A stretch of DNA of 26,433 bases, from contig JBGATO010000052.1 of the NCBI GenBank assembly GCA_044229145.1, positions 1 to 26,433 of the forward strand, in the 5' to 3' direction. The stretch is from Candidatus Eiseniibacteriota bacterium. GTDB taxonomy: Bacteria > Eisenbacteria > RBG-16-71-46 > CAZEPH01. The notes beneath the pieces are model-generated. The model made no database searches, was not told where the DNA came from, and worked only from the letters and a program-made list of their open reading frames with translations. This document shows, piece after piece, positions 1 to 9,246 of this stretch (position 1 is the stretch's first letter; each line of letters begins with the position of its first letter). Made by a program: the position numbers and the translations under genes.

Positions 1-78
1 CGCCGCAGCACACTAGCTTGGCGCGCTGTCACTTCCGTCTTCGGCTGGTTGGTCGCGCCGAAACCCCGCATGAGACTT
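1..78 (-). ncRNA. Putative group I intron (5' part) in the tRNA-Arg(CCT) anticodon loop; continues beyond the window start
   Basis: After CCT the sequence reads AAGTCTC-ATGC-GGGGTTT (a hairpin; GGGGTTT is complementary to the expected 3' exon start AAACCTC). A GGCGCG/CGCGCC helix (59-54 with 25-20) follows, then AAGCTAGTG. tRNA-Arg(CCU) is a known bacterial group I intron site. The catalytic core is not visible. Confidence 0.55.
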
Positions 79-117
79 AGGAAACCTCTGCTCTATCCAT
101 TACTGAGCTACGGGGCC
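79..117 (-). tRNA. tRNA-Arg(CCT), 5' exon only; interrupted immediately after the anticodon
   Basis: Minus strand reads GGCCCCG TA GCTC AGTAATGGATA GAGC A GAGGT TT CCT. This gives the acceptor 5' strand, a perfect GCTC/GAGC D-stem with the Arg-type GGATA D-loop, the anticodon stem 5' strand, and anticodon CCT at 81-79. No T-arm (GTTCRA) or acceptor 3' strand follows within the window. Confidence 0.85.
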
Positions 118-127
118 ACGGTGCGGG

Positions 128-156
128 ACAATACCCTACGACAAACGCGCCGGGAA
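128..156 (-). promoter_or_regulatory. Possible sigma70 promoter for the tRNA gene
   Basis: TTCCCG-N17-TATTGT on the minus strand, followed by a GC-rich discriminator, 10 nt upstream of the tRNA 5' end. Confidence 0.35.
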
Positions 157-220
157 CCGCACGATCCGATCTGCCCGGAATGGCGCAGCCTGGTCGCCCG
201 GTAGACGCCCGCGGGCTCCC

Positions 221-1468
221 CTACTCGTACCGCAACGCCTCGATCGGGTCCAGCCGCGCCGCGCGCATGGCGGGCAGCATGCCGAAGGCGATCCCGACGG
301 CGGAGCAGAACACGAGTCCAATGACCGCCCATTCGAGCGGCACGTGGGCCTGGAAATGGGTGAACACCGCGACCAGGTTCCCGAGGCCGAACCCCACCGC
401 GACCCCGAACACGCCGCCGATGTTGCACAGCACCACCGCCTCGAACAAGAACTGCAGGAGGATGCTGTGCGCCGGCGCGCCGACTGCCTTGCGAATGCCG
501 ATCTCCTGCGTCCGCTCGGTGACCGCGACGAGCATGATGTTCATGATGCCGATCCCGGCGATGATCAGCGCAATCGTGCCGATCAGGAAGGCGCCGATCT
601 TGACGCCTCGACTGACCTCGTTGAATTGCGTGATCAAGCTCTGACTGTTGAAGAACTCGAAGTTGTCCTCGTCCTGCGGCTTGAGGCCGCGCACGCGGCG
701 CAACACCTGTCGCGTCTGCTCCATGGCGTCGGAGATTTGCGCTGGCGTCAGCGCGCGCACGGTGATGTTCACGGAGCGTGAGAAGCCGTTCCGATCGGTC
801 ATGCCGTAGACGTTTACGTACGTCGACACCGGGATGAGCACGTAGTTGTCGAAGTTGCCGCCGAACGCCGACTTCTTTTCGTCGAAGACGCCGACGACCT
901 CGTACTTGCGGCCGTCGAGGCGAATCTCTTTGCCCGTCGGATCGACGAAGGGAAACAGCTTCTCGGCGATCGCGTGGCCGATGACGGCGACGGAGCGCGC
1001 GGCCTGCACGTCCATCTGCGAGATGTTGCGGCCGAGCCCGACGTAGTGGGTGTTGTTCTGCGGATACTCGGGCGTTCCGCCGCAGATCGAGACGTTCGGG
1101 TTGGTCGACTCGCCCTTGTACGAGACGACGTAGCCGAAATCCCAGATCTCGGAGCCGACGAGGTCGACGCAGGTCACCTGCTCGCGGATGGCCCGCGCGT
1201 CCGCGAGCGTGAGCGGCGGGCGGCGCATCGCCTTGCGGCGCGCGGCGTCGCCGCCGAAGCCGCCGGCGGGCCATTTCTGCACCTGGAACGTCTGCGCGCC
1301 GAGGACACTCATCTCGCGTTCCATGGTGCCTTGGATGACCGAAATCCCGGTCATCACCGCGATGATGGACGCGACGCCGGCCACGATGCCGACCAGCGTC
1401 AGCACCGAGCGCAGCTTGTTCGCCACCAGCGCCTCGAGCGCCATGGTCACGACGTCAGGCATGCGCAT
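221..1468 (-). CDS. ABC transporter permease, MacB/FtsX family (no fused ATPase)
   Basis: N-terminal 'ALVANKLRSVLTLVGIVAGVASII', 'GIGIMNIMLVAVTERTQEIGIRKAVGA' and C-terminal 'ARLDPIEALRYE'. ATG at 1468 has a GGAGGT RBS at 1480-1475. An alternative GTG at 1495 overlaps the upstream stop. Confidence 0.93.
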   Translation of the reverse strand: MRMPDVVTMALEALVANKLRSVLTLVGIVAGVASIIAVMTGISVIQGTMEREMSVLGAQTFQVQKWPAGGFGGDAARRKAMRRPPLTLADARAIREQVTCVDLVGSEIWDFGYVVSYKGESTNPNVSICGGTPEYPQNNTHYVGLGRNISQMDVQAARSVAVIGHAIAEKLFPFVDPTGKEIRLDGRKYEVVGVFDEKKSAFGGNFDNYVLIPVSTYVNVYGMTDRNGFSRSVNITVRALTPAQISDAMEQTRQVLRRVRGLKPQDEDNFEFFNSQSLITQFNEVSRGVKIGAFLIGTIALIIAGIGIMNIMLVAVTERTQEIGIRKAVGAPAHSILLQFLFEAVVLCNIGGVFGVAVGFGLGNLVAVFTHFQAHVPLEWAVIGLVFCSAVGIAFGMLPAMRAARLDPIEALRYE

Positions 1469-1491
1469 GGCCGCACCTCCCGCGGTTCGCG

Positions 1492-2730
1492 TCACTCATG
1501 GCGGAGCGCTTCGATGGGATCGAGCCGGGCGCCGCGATACGCGGGCGCCACGCCGGCAAGCACGCCGACACCCGCCGACACCACGACGGCGATGACGACG
1601 ATCGGCCACGAGACGGCGGCCGGCATCACCGCCGCATTGATGACCGCGGTGAGCAGCACGGCGAGCACGATGCCGATGGCACCGCCGAGCATGCCGATGA
1701 CCGAGGACTCGCAGAGGAACTGCAGCAGGATGCTGCGTCGCGTCGCCCCGAGCGCCTTGCGAATGCCGATCTCGCGCGTCCGCTCGGTCACGGTCACGAA
1801 CATGACGTTCATCACGCCGACCGCGCCGACGAACAGCGAGATGCTGGTCACCACGAGTCCGACGAGCAACAGCACGCCCATCATGTTATTGAACGTCCCC
1901 ACCAAGGTGTCGAGCTTGTTGAGCGAGAAGTTGTCCGGCTCCACCGGCCGCAGCCGGCGAATCGTGCGCATCTCCCCGATCACCGCGTATTCGAGATCGG
2001 TGAGTTGCTCCTGTCGTCCTGCCTTGACCGCGATGCTGACGTCTTCGTGTCCCTGTCCGCCGCTGAACGCCCGCACGTACGAGGTGATCGGGATGAAAAT
2101 CTGGCGGTCGAAGTTGGGTCCGCCGAGGAAGCTGCCGCCCTGCTTCTCCATCACGCCGATGACGCGGAAACGCGTGCGCCCGATGTTCATCGTCTTGTTG
2201 AGCGGATCGACAGACCCGAAGATGCCCTTCTGCACATCGGCCCCGATGACGCACACGTCTCGCTTGCCCGCCACGTCCGACGGCAAGAGGAAGCGGCCGG
2301 TCGCCGGCTGCGCACTCGAGATGATGCCCTGCTTCTCGGTGGTGCCGATGATCGTGACACCGTCCATCGTCTCGTCGCGGAACTTCACGTCGCGCTGCCC
2401 GCTCACCGTCGGATTCACGATGGCCTTGCCGCGGAAGCGCTCCTCGAGCGTGCGTGCCTCACGCAGCGCGATACCGGGCCGGTTGCGGTAGCGGAAGAAG
2501 TCGTTCATCACCACCCACGGCATGCGCGACACGAAGACGACATCGCTTCCGACGGACGAGAAGCTCTCGCGGAACTTGTTCTGGAGGCCGTTCGCCGCCG
2601 TCATCGTGAGCACGACCGCCACGATCCCGATGGTGATCCCGAGCGTGGTCAACGCGCCGCGCGCCAAGTTGGCGCGCAGCGCACTGACGGCAAGCGGGAA
2701 CGCCTCGCGGAGCGCGAACGGCAGTCTCAT
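1492..2730 (-). CDS. ABC transporter permease, MacB/FtsX family (second paralog)
   Basis: 'GVMNVMFVTVTERTREIGIRKALGA' and 'ARLDPIEALRHE'. ATGA overlap with the upstream adaptor gene. Confidence 0.93.
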   Translation of the reverse strand: MRLPFALREAFPLAVSALRANLARGALTTLGITIGIVAVVLTMTAANGLQNKFRESFSSVGSDVVFVSRMPWVVMNDFFRYRNRPGIALREARTLEERFRGKAIVNPTVSGQRDVKFRDETMDGVTIIGTTEKQGIISSAQPATGRFLLPSDVAGKRDVCVIGADVQKGIFGSVDPLNKTMNIGRTRFRVIGVMEKQGGSFLGGPNFDRQIFIPITSYVRAFSGGQGHEDVSIAVKAGRQEQLTDLEYAVIGEMRTIRRLRPVEPDNFSLNKLDTLVGTFNNMMGVLLLVGLVVTSISLFVGAVGVMNVMFVTVTERTREIGIRKALGATRRSILLQFLCESSVIGMLGGAIGIVLAVLLTAVINAAVMPAAVSWPIVVIAVVVSAGVGVLAGVAPAYRGARLDPIEALRHE

Positions 2731-4004
2731 CGGGACTTGGTCTCGCTGTCCTTGTCGCCGTCCTTCAGCGGTTCCTTGCTGATGGTCACTACCGCGCCAT
2801 TCACCAAGTCCTTCGAGATCGCGCGATAGCTGCCGGTGACCACTTCCTCCCCGTCCTTGAGTCCGCTGAGAATCTGAATCAGCCGTTCGCTCTGGATGCC
2901 GGTGGTCACCGGCTTGGCGACGGCCTTGCCATCGACGATGCAGAAGACGATTTCGGCGAAGCCGTCCTTGTCCGTCGTGAAGCGTTTTTCCGCGTCCGCG
3001 CGCTTCTCGCCCTTCATCGTCAACTGATCGAGCGTCCGGACGGCGACACTTTGGATCGGCACGCTCAGCGCCTTGTCTTCCGTCTTGGTGATGATCTCGG
3101 CGCTCGCCGTCATGCCGGGACGCAGGTCCTTGGGCGGATCGACGATGCTGATCTTCACCGCGAACTCGGTCTTCTGCTCGGTGGTGCCATTGCCGGACGT
3201 GTTGGCGCTGTTCGAGATCTCCGAGACGGTGCCGCGCAGCGTGCGGCCGGGCAGCGCGTCGACCTGCACCTCGGCCTGCTGGCCGATCGCGAGCGATCCG
3301 ACGTCGTTCTCGTCGACGTTGACACGCGCTTCCATCTGCGTGAGGTCGCCGAGCACCAGGATGACGTCCTTCTGGAACTGCGACCCGAGGGCGATCTCGC
3401 CTTGCTCCTTGTTCAGCGCGCTGATGGTGCCGGCCATCGGCGCGTAGATGGTGGTCTTGGAGAGGTCGTCACGCGCCTGCTTGAGCACGGCGGCGGCCTG
3501 CGCGACCTGGTCCTGCGCGGACTTGTACCGCGCCACCTCGACGAGGTAGTCCGCTTCCTTGGCCTCGAAGGCCGACTTCGACTCGTTGCCGGTGGCCAGC
3601 AGCGCCTTCGACCGTTCGAGTTCGTTCTTCGTGCGATTCAAATTCTCGCGGACCAACGATGCGTTGGCCTGCGCCGAGCTCACGTTGGCGATCGCGCTCT
3701 CGACCGCGGCGAGGTAGCGGTCACGGGCCAGGCCGACGAGAAACGTGCCCTTCTCGACCCACTGTCCCTCGACCACCCCGAGCTTCTCGATCTTGCCGCT
3801 GACGTCGGCGCTGATGTCGACCTTGGTCTTGGGCTGGATCGTGCCGGTCGCGGACACCTTCTGGATGATCCGCTGGCGATCTGCCTTCGCGGTCTGCACC
3901 ACCATCGGCTTGTGGCTGCGGCTGCGCGCCACCAGGCCACCCGCCGTCACGCCGACCACCGCGATTGCCGCGACGATCATCCACACTTGCTTCTTTCTTG
4001 CCAT
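2727..4004 (-). CDS. Efflux periplasmic adaptor subunit (MacA/HlyD-like membrane fusion protein)
   Basis: N-terminal TM anchor, 'VSATGTIQP..VDISADVSGKI', coiled coil, 'TIYAPMAGTI', 'LRPGMTA' and 'GLKDGEEVV'. ATG at 4004 has an AGGAGG RBS; the ORF-track start at 4058 is probably too long. Confidence 0.92.
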   Translation of the reverse strand: MARKKQVWMIVAAIAVVGVTAGGLVARSRSHKPMVVQTAKADRQRIIQKVSATGTIQPKTKVDISADVSGKIEKLGVVEGQWVEKGTFLVGLARDRYLAAVESAIANVSSAQANASLVRENLNRTKNELERSKALLATGNESKSAFEAKEADYLVEVARYKSAQDQVAQAAAVLKQARDDLSKTTIYAPMAGTISALNKEQGEIALGSQFQKDVILVLGDLTQMEARVNVDENDVGSLAIGQQAEVQVDALPGRTLRGTVSEISNSANTSGNGTTEQKTEFAVKISIVDPPKDLRPGMTASAEIITKTEDKALSVPIQSVAVRTLDQLTMKGEKRADAEKRFTTDKDGFAEIVFCIVDGKAVAKPVTTGIQSERLIQILSGLKDGEEVVTGSYRAISKDLVNGAVVTISKEPLKDGDKDSETKSR

Positions 4005-4062
4005 CCGGCCTCCTGTCCCACGTCGGCGCGAGGATACTGCGAAATCGCTGAGTCGCAAGGCA

Positions 4063-4089
4063 GGACGGCTGGGGCGGCCTCAGGGTTGC
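4063..4089 (-). promoter_or_regulatory. Putative ECF-sigma promoter upstream of the adaptor/permease operon
   Basis: GCAACC-N16-CGTCC on the minus strand, matching the general ECF AAC...CGT/GTC pattern and resembling the promoters at 24811-24909. Confidence 0.45.
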
Positions 4090-4169
4090 CCTGTGCGGCG
4101 GGATTTTGGACGCTCCAGTGTCTCATCTGGCGCTCCGGGCTTGGAGGCCGCGGGCGCCATGCCCAACGT

Positions 4170-7100
4170 CTAGCGCACCACCACGAGGCGCGTCGCGGCC
4201 CGCCGGGCGCCCGCGCGGGCCTCCGCCAGGTAGAGGCCCGGCGCCACGCGCCGCTCCAGCCGGTCGCGGGTGTCCCACGCCAGACGCGTGGTGCCGGCCC
4301 CACCGGCCGTCGCGGACAGCGACGCCACCGCGGCACCGCGCACGTCATACACCCGCACGACGACCGGCTCCCCCGCCACCAGCGCGTCGACCGCGAACTC
4401 GACGGCGTCCCGGCTGGCCCACGCCCTCAGGTCGAACCGTCCGCGTGCGGCATGGCCCTCGCCTTCCGCCGCGGTGGCCAGCGCCGGCCCATCGGCGCGG
4501 CCGGTGCGCGCCATGTCGTGGTGGAAGGTCGGCCACGGCATCGCGGCGGCGTTGAACGTCGAAGCCAAATCCCAGCGGTACAACTTGCCGTCCCAACCGG
4601 CGTACACGATGTCGGTCTTGCCGTCGCCGTCGACGTCCCACACCGTCGGCGAACCGCGCACGGCGCCCGGCAGCATGATCGGGAAGCCGGCCACCGTCGC
4701 CCCGAGATGCGAGAAGCCGTACAGGCCGCCGTTCTCCGCGCCCATGAGGACATCGGGCTTGCCGTCGCCGGTGAGGTCTGCCAGCACGGGAGAACACTCG
4801 GTCACGCCGTCGGTCCCAGATCCAAACGACACCGGCTGCCCGCCGTTCCAGAACGACGCCGTCGCGCCCTGCTGCGCGTCCAGCGTGGACAGCGCCCACA
4901 GCTGGCCGTACGTGGTGGCGACCACGAGTTCCGGGCGGCCGTCGCCATTGAGGTCACCGAGCGCCGGCGACGCCTGGCGGCTGTTGCCGCTCGAGGGTAC
5001 CAGCCCGCCGCCACGCGCCGCGGACACGGCCGCCGGCACACCCGTGCGCGCGAGCACCCTCACCCACTGCAGGGTCGCCGCTCCCCCGCGCACCATGCGA
5101 ATGCTCGCGTAGTGCTCCTGCTGGGTGCCCGCGAACACCCAGGTGGTGTCGCCCCGCGTGTAGACCGCGGGCGAGCCCGACACCCAGCCATAGAGTTGCA
5201 CCGGGAATCCCACCACCTCGCCGCCCGAGCGCGTGAGCGCGTGCACCGCGCCGTCGTACCCGCCGATGACGATGTCGAGGAAGCCATCGCGATCGAGATC
5301 CGCGAGAGCCGGCGACGAGTAGAGATATCCGCCGAGGAACGCGAAGCGTCCCGAGACCGTCGTCGCCGGATCGCCGTCGCGCACATCGCTGCCATCGACC
5401 TTCCATGCGTAGATCCAGCCGTCGCTGGAGGCTGCCACGATCTCGTCGTACTTGTCATTGTCGAGATCGCCACAGGCCGGCGTCGACCACATGAAGCCCG
5501 GCACCGACTTCGGCCAGCGCCGCTTGGGGGTGCCGACGGTGTCGCCGGACGCGTCGTACATCCACACCGTGCTCGAATCGAGCGGCGACGGGAGTTGGTT
5601 GTACGTCGCCGCCACGATATGTCCCTGGCGGTCGATCGCCGGCGACGATGCGAAGTACGTGCCCGCCCTGGCGAAGACCCCGAGGGTGCGCGCGTCTTGA
5701 TCGCCGTCCAGCACCTCGCTGCCATCCGGGTAGACGTCGTAGAGTTTGTCGGCGCCGGCGAGAATGCTGTAGCGCGCACCGCCGTGCGCCGCGTACCGCA
5801 GTGCGGTGGAGCCGGGCGTGCCGCGCCCGAGGGTGAGCGGGAATCCCGGATGCTGCGGCGGGCTGGTGCTGCCGGTCACCGGCGCGCTCGCCGCGCTGCG
5901 ATTGCCGGAGGAGTCCACGGCGACCACCGTGTAGACGTACTGCGACAGCGATGCGAGCCCGCCATCGACGCGATAGGACGTGCGCGTGTCCGGCACTTCG
6001 GTGATCGGCGTGAAGGGGCCGGCGGGGCTGCTGGCGCGCGAGACGATGTAGCCGGCGAGATCGAGTTCGCCGTTGCGGATCCAGCGCAGCTCCATCGTCG
6101 ACGTGGTACCGGTGGCGGTCACGCCGCTTGGAGCGTTGGGCGGAAAGAGGTCGAGCTGCACCCGCGTGAGTTCCTGGCCGAAGGTGTCGGTGGCCCAGCA
6201 CCAGAAGCGATGCGTGCCGGTCTCCTCGTCCTCCGCGAGCACACGGAAACGCAGGGCGTCGTCACCCGGCGAGGTCGCGCCCGGCGCCAGAGGCGCGGCG
6301 ATGTGTGCGAGACTGTCGAGCACCGCCGTCGTCGCGTCGGCACTGGCCAGATGCAGCGTCAGCGCCTGCGTGCTGCCACGGCCGGTGTTCTGCACCGTGA
6401 TGCGATAGTCGATGATCTCGCCGGTTTCGCCTTCGCCATCGCCGTCGTCGCCCGGCAATGTGTCGGACAGACTGCGCGCCACGAACGCCAGCCGCGGCCG
6501 CGCCACACCCAACGCCAACCCGCTCGTCCAGTACATTTGCGCATCGTCGTTGACGGTGACGCGCAGTGCGAGCATGTGCTGATCCTCACATGCCGAGGCG
6601 ACGCGCAGCAGGAAGCCGTCGCCATTCTGCACGGCACCTGGCGCGATATCGCCATACGTGCTCAGGCCGTCGAGGACGGTGGCCGCCGAATCGAGCGACG
6701 CGAGCGTGGCGAACGGCAGCGTGGACGTCGCGGCACCGCGGTTGCGCAGCGGCAAGAGCAGGTGCACGGTTTCGCCGGGATTGGGGATCCCGTCCCCGTT
6801 GCCGCTGCCGTGTCCGCCGATACCGTCTTCGACGATCCATCCCTCGCTGGCCATCGGCACCGCGCCCTGCGCCGCCTCGGGCGTGACGGTCACCAGCGTG
6901 TCATGATCGCTGCCGTGCGAGACGCCGACGGTGAGCACGCCAGTGCTGCGCGGCACGTAGGCGACCCGCGCCAGGCCGGCGGCGTCGGTGAGTGCGCGTG
7001 CGAACCCCTCGCCGGCGCGCGAGATCGTGACCTGCGCCCCCGCCACCGGCGCGCCGCCCGCCCGCACCGTCACCTCCACCGCCTGCGCCCCGACACTGAC

Positions 7101-8954
7101 CGGCGCGACGCTCACTGCGAAGTCGCGCGGGGCGCGCCAATAGAGCGACTGCGCGGGATCGCCAAGCAACGTCAGCGTGTACTGCGTGATGCGATCGCCG
7201 GAGTCGTACCACGCATACGGCAACCAAGGCGCCTTGCTGGCGTCGAGCGCGGATCCGAGCGTGTACGCCGTGGTGTCGGCGTAGACGCGCGCGTAGAACG
7301 TGTTCTGGTAGTCGACCGCCTCGGTGGGATAGGTCTCGCGCGTCGCGCCGCAATACGCCACCGCACCGCCGTTCGGGTTCACCAGGAAGTGCGTCGCGAT
7401 GCAATCGTAGTCGAATGACGCGGAATTGCAGTTGAGGGCGAAGATCACACCTTGGCGCACGCCGTTGGTGAGCGCATCGGCATCGCCGTCGAGCAGGACG
7501 TTGTCGCCGACCGACATCGTGTTGCGGTAGCCGTGGCCAACGTGATCCCACAGCATGTAGCCGCGCTGTACGTGCGCCAGCACCGAGTCGCGGGTCTCCG
7601 GCTTGCTGCCGGGGAACGCCAGCGTGTTCTCGTAGAGGCGCGTGGCGCTCACGCGCGACGGCACGCTCGGCACTGCCTGCTCGGAGAAACTCGCCCCATC
7701 CAACTGCACGGCGATGCCGCTGCCCGGGGACCACGGCTGCGGCGTGAGCACTTCGCTGGTGAACAGCACACGCGTCGCCAGATCGGCCGGCGCACGCGTG
7801 GCGAATGCTTGCGTCTTGGCGATCCAAGCCTGTACCTGCGACGTGTTTTCCGCCGGCACGCGCCCGACGTGCAACTCCGGCAGCAAGTCCACTGCATCGG
7901 TGACATTGCCGTAGACGGCATCGCCATCGGCGTTCCAGGTGCCGTCGAGGCAGGCATAGTAGTAGTCGGTGAGGATGTCTTCGTCTTGCAGGAAGGCGGT
8001 GTGCGCGAGCCGCGACGGCACCAATGCCGCACCGCCGCCGAGCAGCACGTATCGCGTGCCCCAGGTCGCGTAGGCGTCCTGCAGGAAGCGGCGAATGGTA
8101 TCGGCATCGTCCGCCCCGTCGACGTACGTGGAGCGGATCCAGCCTAACGACCGCACCACGGCCTGCAGGCCGCGCGCCGTCTGCCAATCCGCGAACGGCT
8201 GCCACGCCGCCACCAGCGAATCAGGGGCGACGATGACGTAGCTCACCGCGCTCGAGTCGAGACTGGGGCGAAACGCGGGTACCGCGCGGGCGGCCGGCGC
8301 ACGGTCCGGATGCACGCCGCGCCACGCGTCCCGGAGATCGGCGGGATTGGCGATCCAGCGCGCCAGCGCGGCGCGCGCAGCGTCGGCGCTGGCGGCGTCT
8401 TCGCGCGCGAGCGGGAGCGGCAGTGGCCCGCCGTGCGGCTCGAGGTCCAGCGTGAGATCGACGTCGCGCGCCAGCCACACGCGATGGGCGGAGGCGTCCA
8501 CGCGCCACGGGCGGACGATGGTGCCGACGATCGCCCACCCGCGTGCGTAGCCGCTACCGGACACGCGCACGAGGGCGGTGTCCGCGGCGACCGATGCGTC
8601 GCCCGGCGTCACTTCGGGTTCACCGTCGAATGCGGCCCACGACCGGACTTCCGCCTGCACCGCACGCACCGCGTATCCGGCGGGGATGACGAACGACAGC
8701 GGCATCGTCGGAAGGTCGGGCGCGCCCGGTTGCGTCAGGCGATGGCCGCCCGGCAGCGAAAGGCGGAGCCTGCCCGGCTGCGCGGGAGACGGAACGGCGG
8801 TGGCGGTCGTGAAAGTTGCGTGATATCGCACCGAGGACACGCCGGAGAGGCCGTTCGTCACGGCTGACGCGATGCCTGCCCAGACGAGGCCCAGGCAGGC
8901 GGCAGCCAGCGCACCGGCGCGCGCCGCGCGCCGGCCACGAATCGGGGGATGCAC
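4170..8954 (-). CDS. Secreted multidomain C25 (gingipain-family) cysteine peptidase with Ig/CARDB-like, FN3, FG-GAP/VCBS repeats and FlgD/T9SS-like C-terminal domain
   Basis: Signal peptide ending 'GIASA', propeptide 'PGAPDLP', C25 motifs 'YVLLGG', 'TDYYYACLDG' and 'PELHVGRVP', catalytic 'GHG' and 'NCNS', and 'LLGDP'. Also an FN3 domain ('YVYTVVAVDSSGNRS') and repeated 'SP...DLxxDG' motifs. Likely start is GTG 8954 with an AGGAG RBS; the ORF-track start 9371 overlaps the divergent gene. Confidence 0.85.
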   Translation of the reverse strand: MHPPIRGRRAARAGALAAACLGLVWAGIASAVTNGLSGVSSVRYHATFTTATAVPSPAQPGRLRLSLPGGHRLTQPGAPDLPTMPLSFVIPAGYAVRAVQAEVRSWAAFDGEPEVTPGDASVAADTALVRVSGSGYARGWAIVGTIVRPWRVDASAHRVWLARDVDLTLDLEPHGGPLPLPLAREDAASADAARAALARWIANPADLRDAWRGVHPDRAPAARAVPAFRPSLDSSAVSYVIVAPDSLVAAWQPFADWQTARGLQAVVRSLGWIRSTYVDGADDADTIRRFLQDAYATWGTRYVLLGGGAALVPSRLAHTAFLQDEDILTDYYYACLDGTWNADGDAVYGNVTDAVDLLPELHVGRVPAENTSQVQAWIAKTQAFATRAPADLATRVLFTSEVLTPQPWSPGSGIAVQLDGASFSEQAVPSVPSRVSATRLYENTLAFPGSKPETRDSVLAHVQRGYMLWDHVGHGYRNTMSVGDNVLLDGDADALTNGVRQGVIFALNCNSASFDYDCIATHFLVNPNGGAVAYCGATRETYPTEAVDYQNTFYARVYADTTAYTLGSALDASKAPWLPYAWYDSGDRITQYTLTLLGDPAQSLYWRAPRDFAVSVAPVSVGAQAVEVTVRAGGAPVAGAQVTISRAGEGFARALTDAAGLARVAYVPRSTGVLTVGVSHGSDHDTLVTVTPEAAQGAVPMASEGWIVEDGIGGHGSGNGDGIPNPGETVHLLLPLRNRGAATSTLPFATLASLDSAATVLDGLSTYGDIAPGAVQNGDGFLLRVASACEDQHMLALRVTVNDDAQMYWTSGLALGVARPRLAFVARSLSDTLPGDDGDGEGETGEIIDYRITVQNTGRGSTQALTLHLASADATTAVLDSLAHIAAPLAPGATSPGDDALRFRVLAEDEETGTHRFWCWATDTFGQELTRVQLDLFPPNAPSGVTATGTTSTMELRWIRNGELDLAGYIVSRASSPAGPFTPITEVPDTRTSYRVDGGLASLSQYVYTVVAVDSSGNRSAASAPVTGSTSPPQHPGFPLTLGRGTPGSTALRYAAHGGARYSILAGADKLYDVYPDGSEVLDGDQDARTLGVFARAGTYFASSPAIDRQGHIVAATYNQLPSPLDSSTVWMYDASGDTVGTPKRRWPKSVPGFMWSTPACGDLDNDKYDEIVAASSDGWIYAWKVDGSDVRDGDPATTVSGRFAFLGGYLYSSPALADLDRDGFLDIVIGGYDGAVHALTRSGGEVVGFPVQLYGWVSGSPAVYTRGDTTWVFAGTQQEHYASIRMVRGGAATLQWVRVLARTGVPAAVSAARGGGLVPSSGNSRQASPALGDLNGDGRPELVVATTYGQLWALSTLDAQQGATASFWNGGQPVSFGSGTDGVTECSPVLADLTGDGKPDVLMGAENGGLYGFSHLGATVAGFPIMLPGAVRGSPTVWDVDGDGKTDIVYAGWDGKLYRWDLASTFNAAAMPWPTFHHDMARTGRADGPALATAAEGEGHAARGRFDLRAWASRDAVEFAVDALVAGEPVVVRVYDVRGAAVASLSATAGGAGTTRLAWDTRDRLERRVAPGLYLAEARAGARRAATRLVVVR

Positions 8955-9246
8955 CGTCGCGTCTCCTCTCCCACTCCCCGGAACGCGAGGACTCCGCGCG
9001 GAGTGCTCGCAGCCCCCGATCATACGCCAGAGGAGGCGATGGCGTCCCGATACCTCTTTCGCGACGGTCCCGCACACCCACGGGGCACTGGCCGGCGACG
9101 ATGCCGCGCCTGCGCCGATCACCCATCCCGGCGCCGCCTGGGAACTTCGCACCCCGCGCGAGGCTTGATAGCCGCAGCCGCGCATGCTCCTCCCCTGCGA
9201 CGCGGGACGCCCCACCGATGCGTCGCGAATTCGGACAGGAGGACCC

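Noticed and set aside
70..81. ATGAGACTTAGG resembles ATGCGACTTAGG at 23408
   Set aside because: The first copy is explained by the tRNA anticodon/insert junction. A single 11/12 match is not enough to call a shared site or att repeat.
3051..7418. 1455-aa plus-strand ORF
   Set aside because: Antisense shadow of the adaptor and peptidase genes. It is Arg/Ala/Gly-rich with no motifs, as expected in high-GC DNA.
9141..9170. GGAACTT sigmaE-like -35 upstream of the beta-propeller gene
   Set aside because: The matching -10 element is poor, so support is insufficient.
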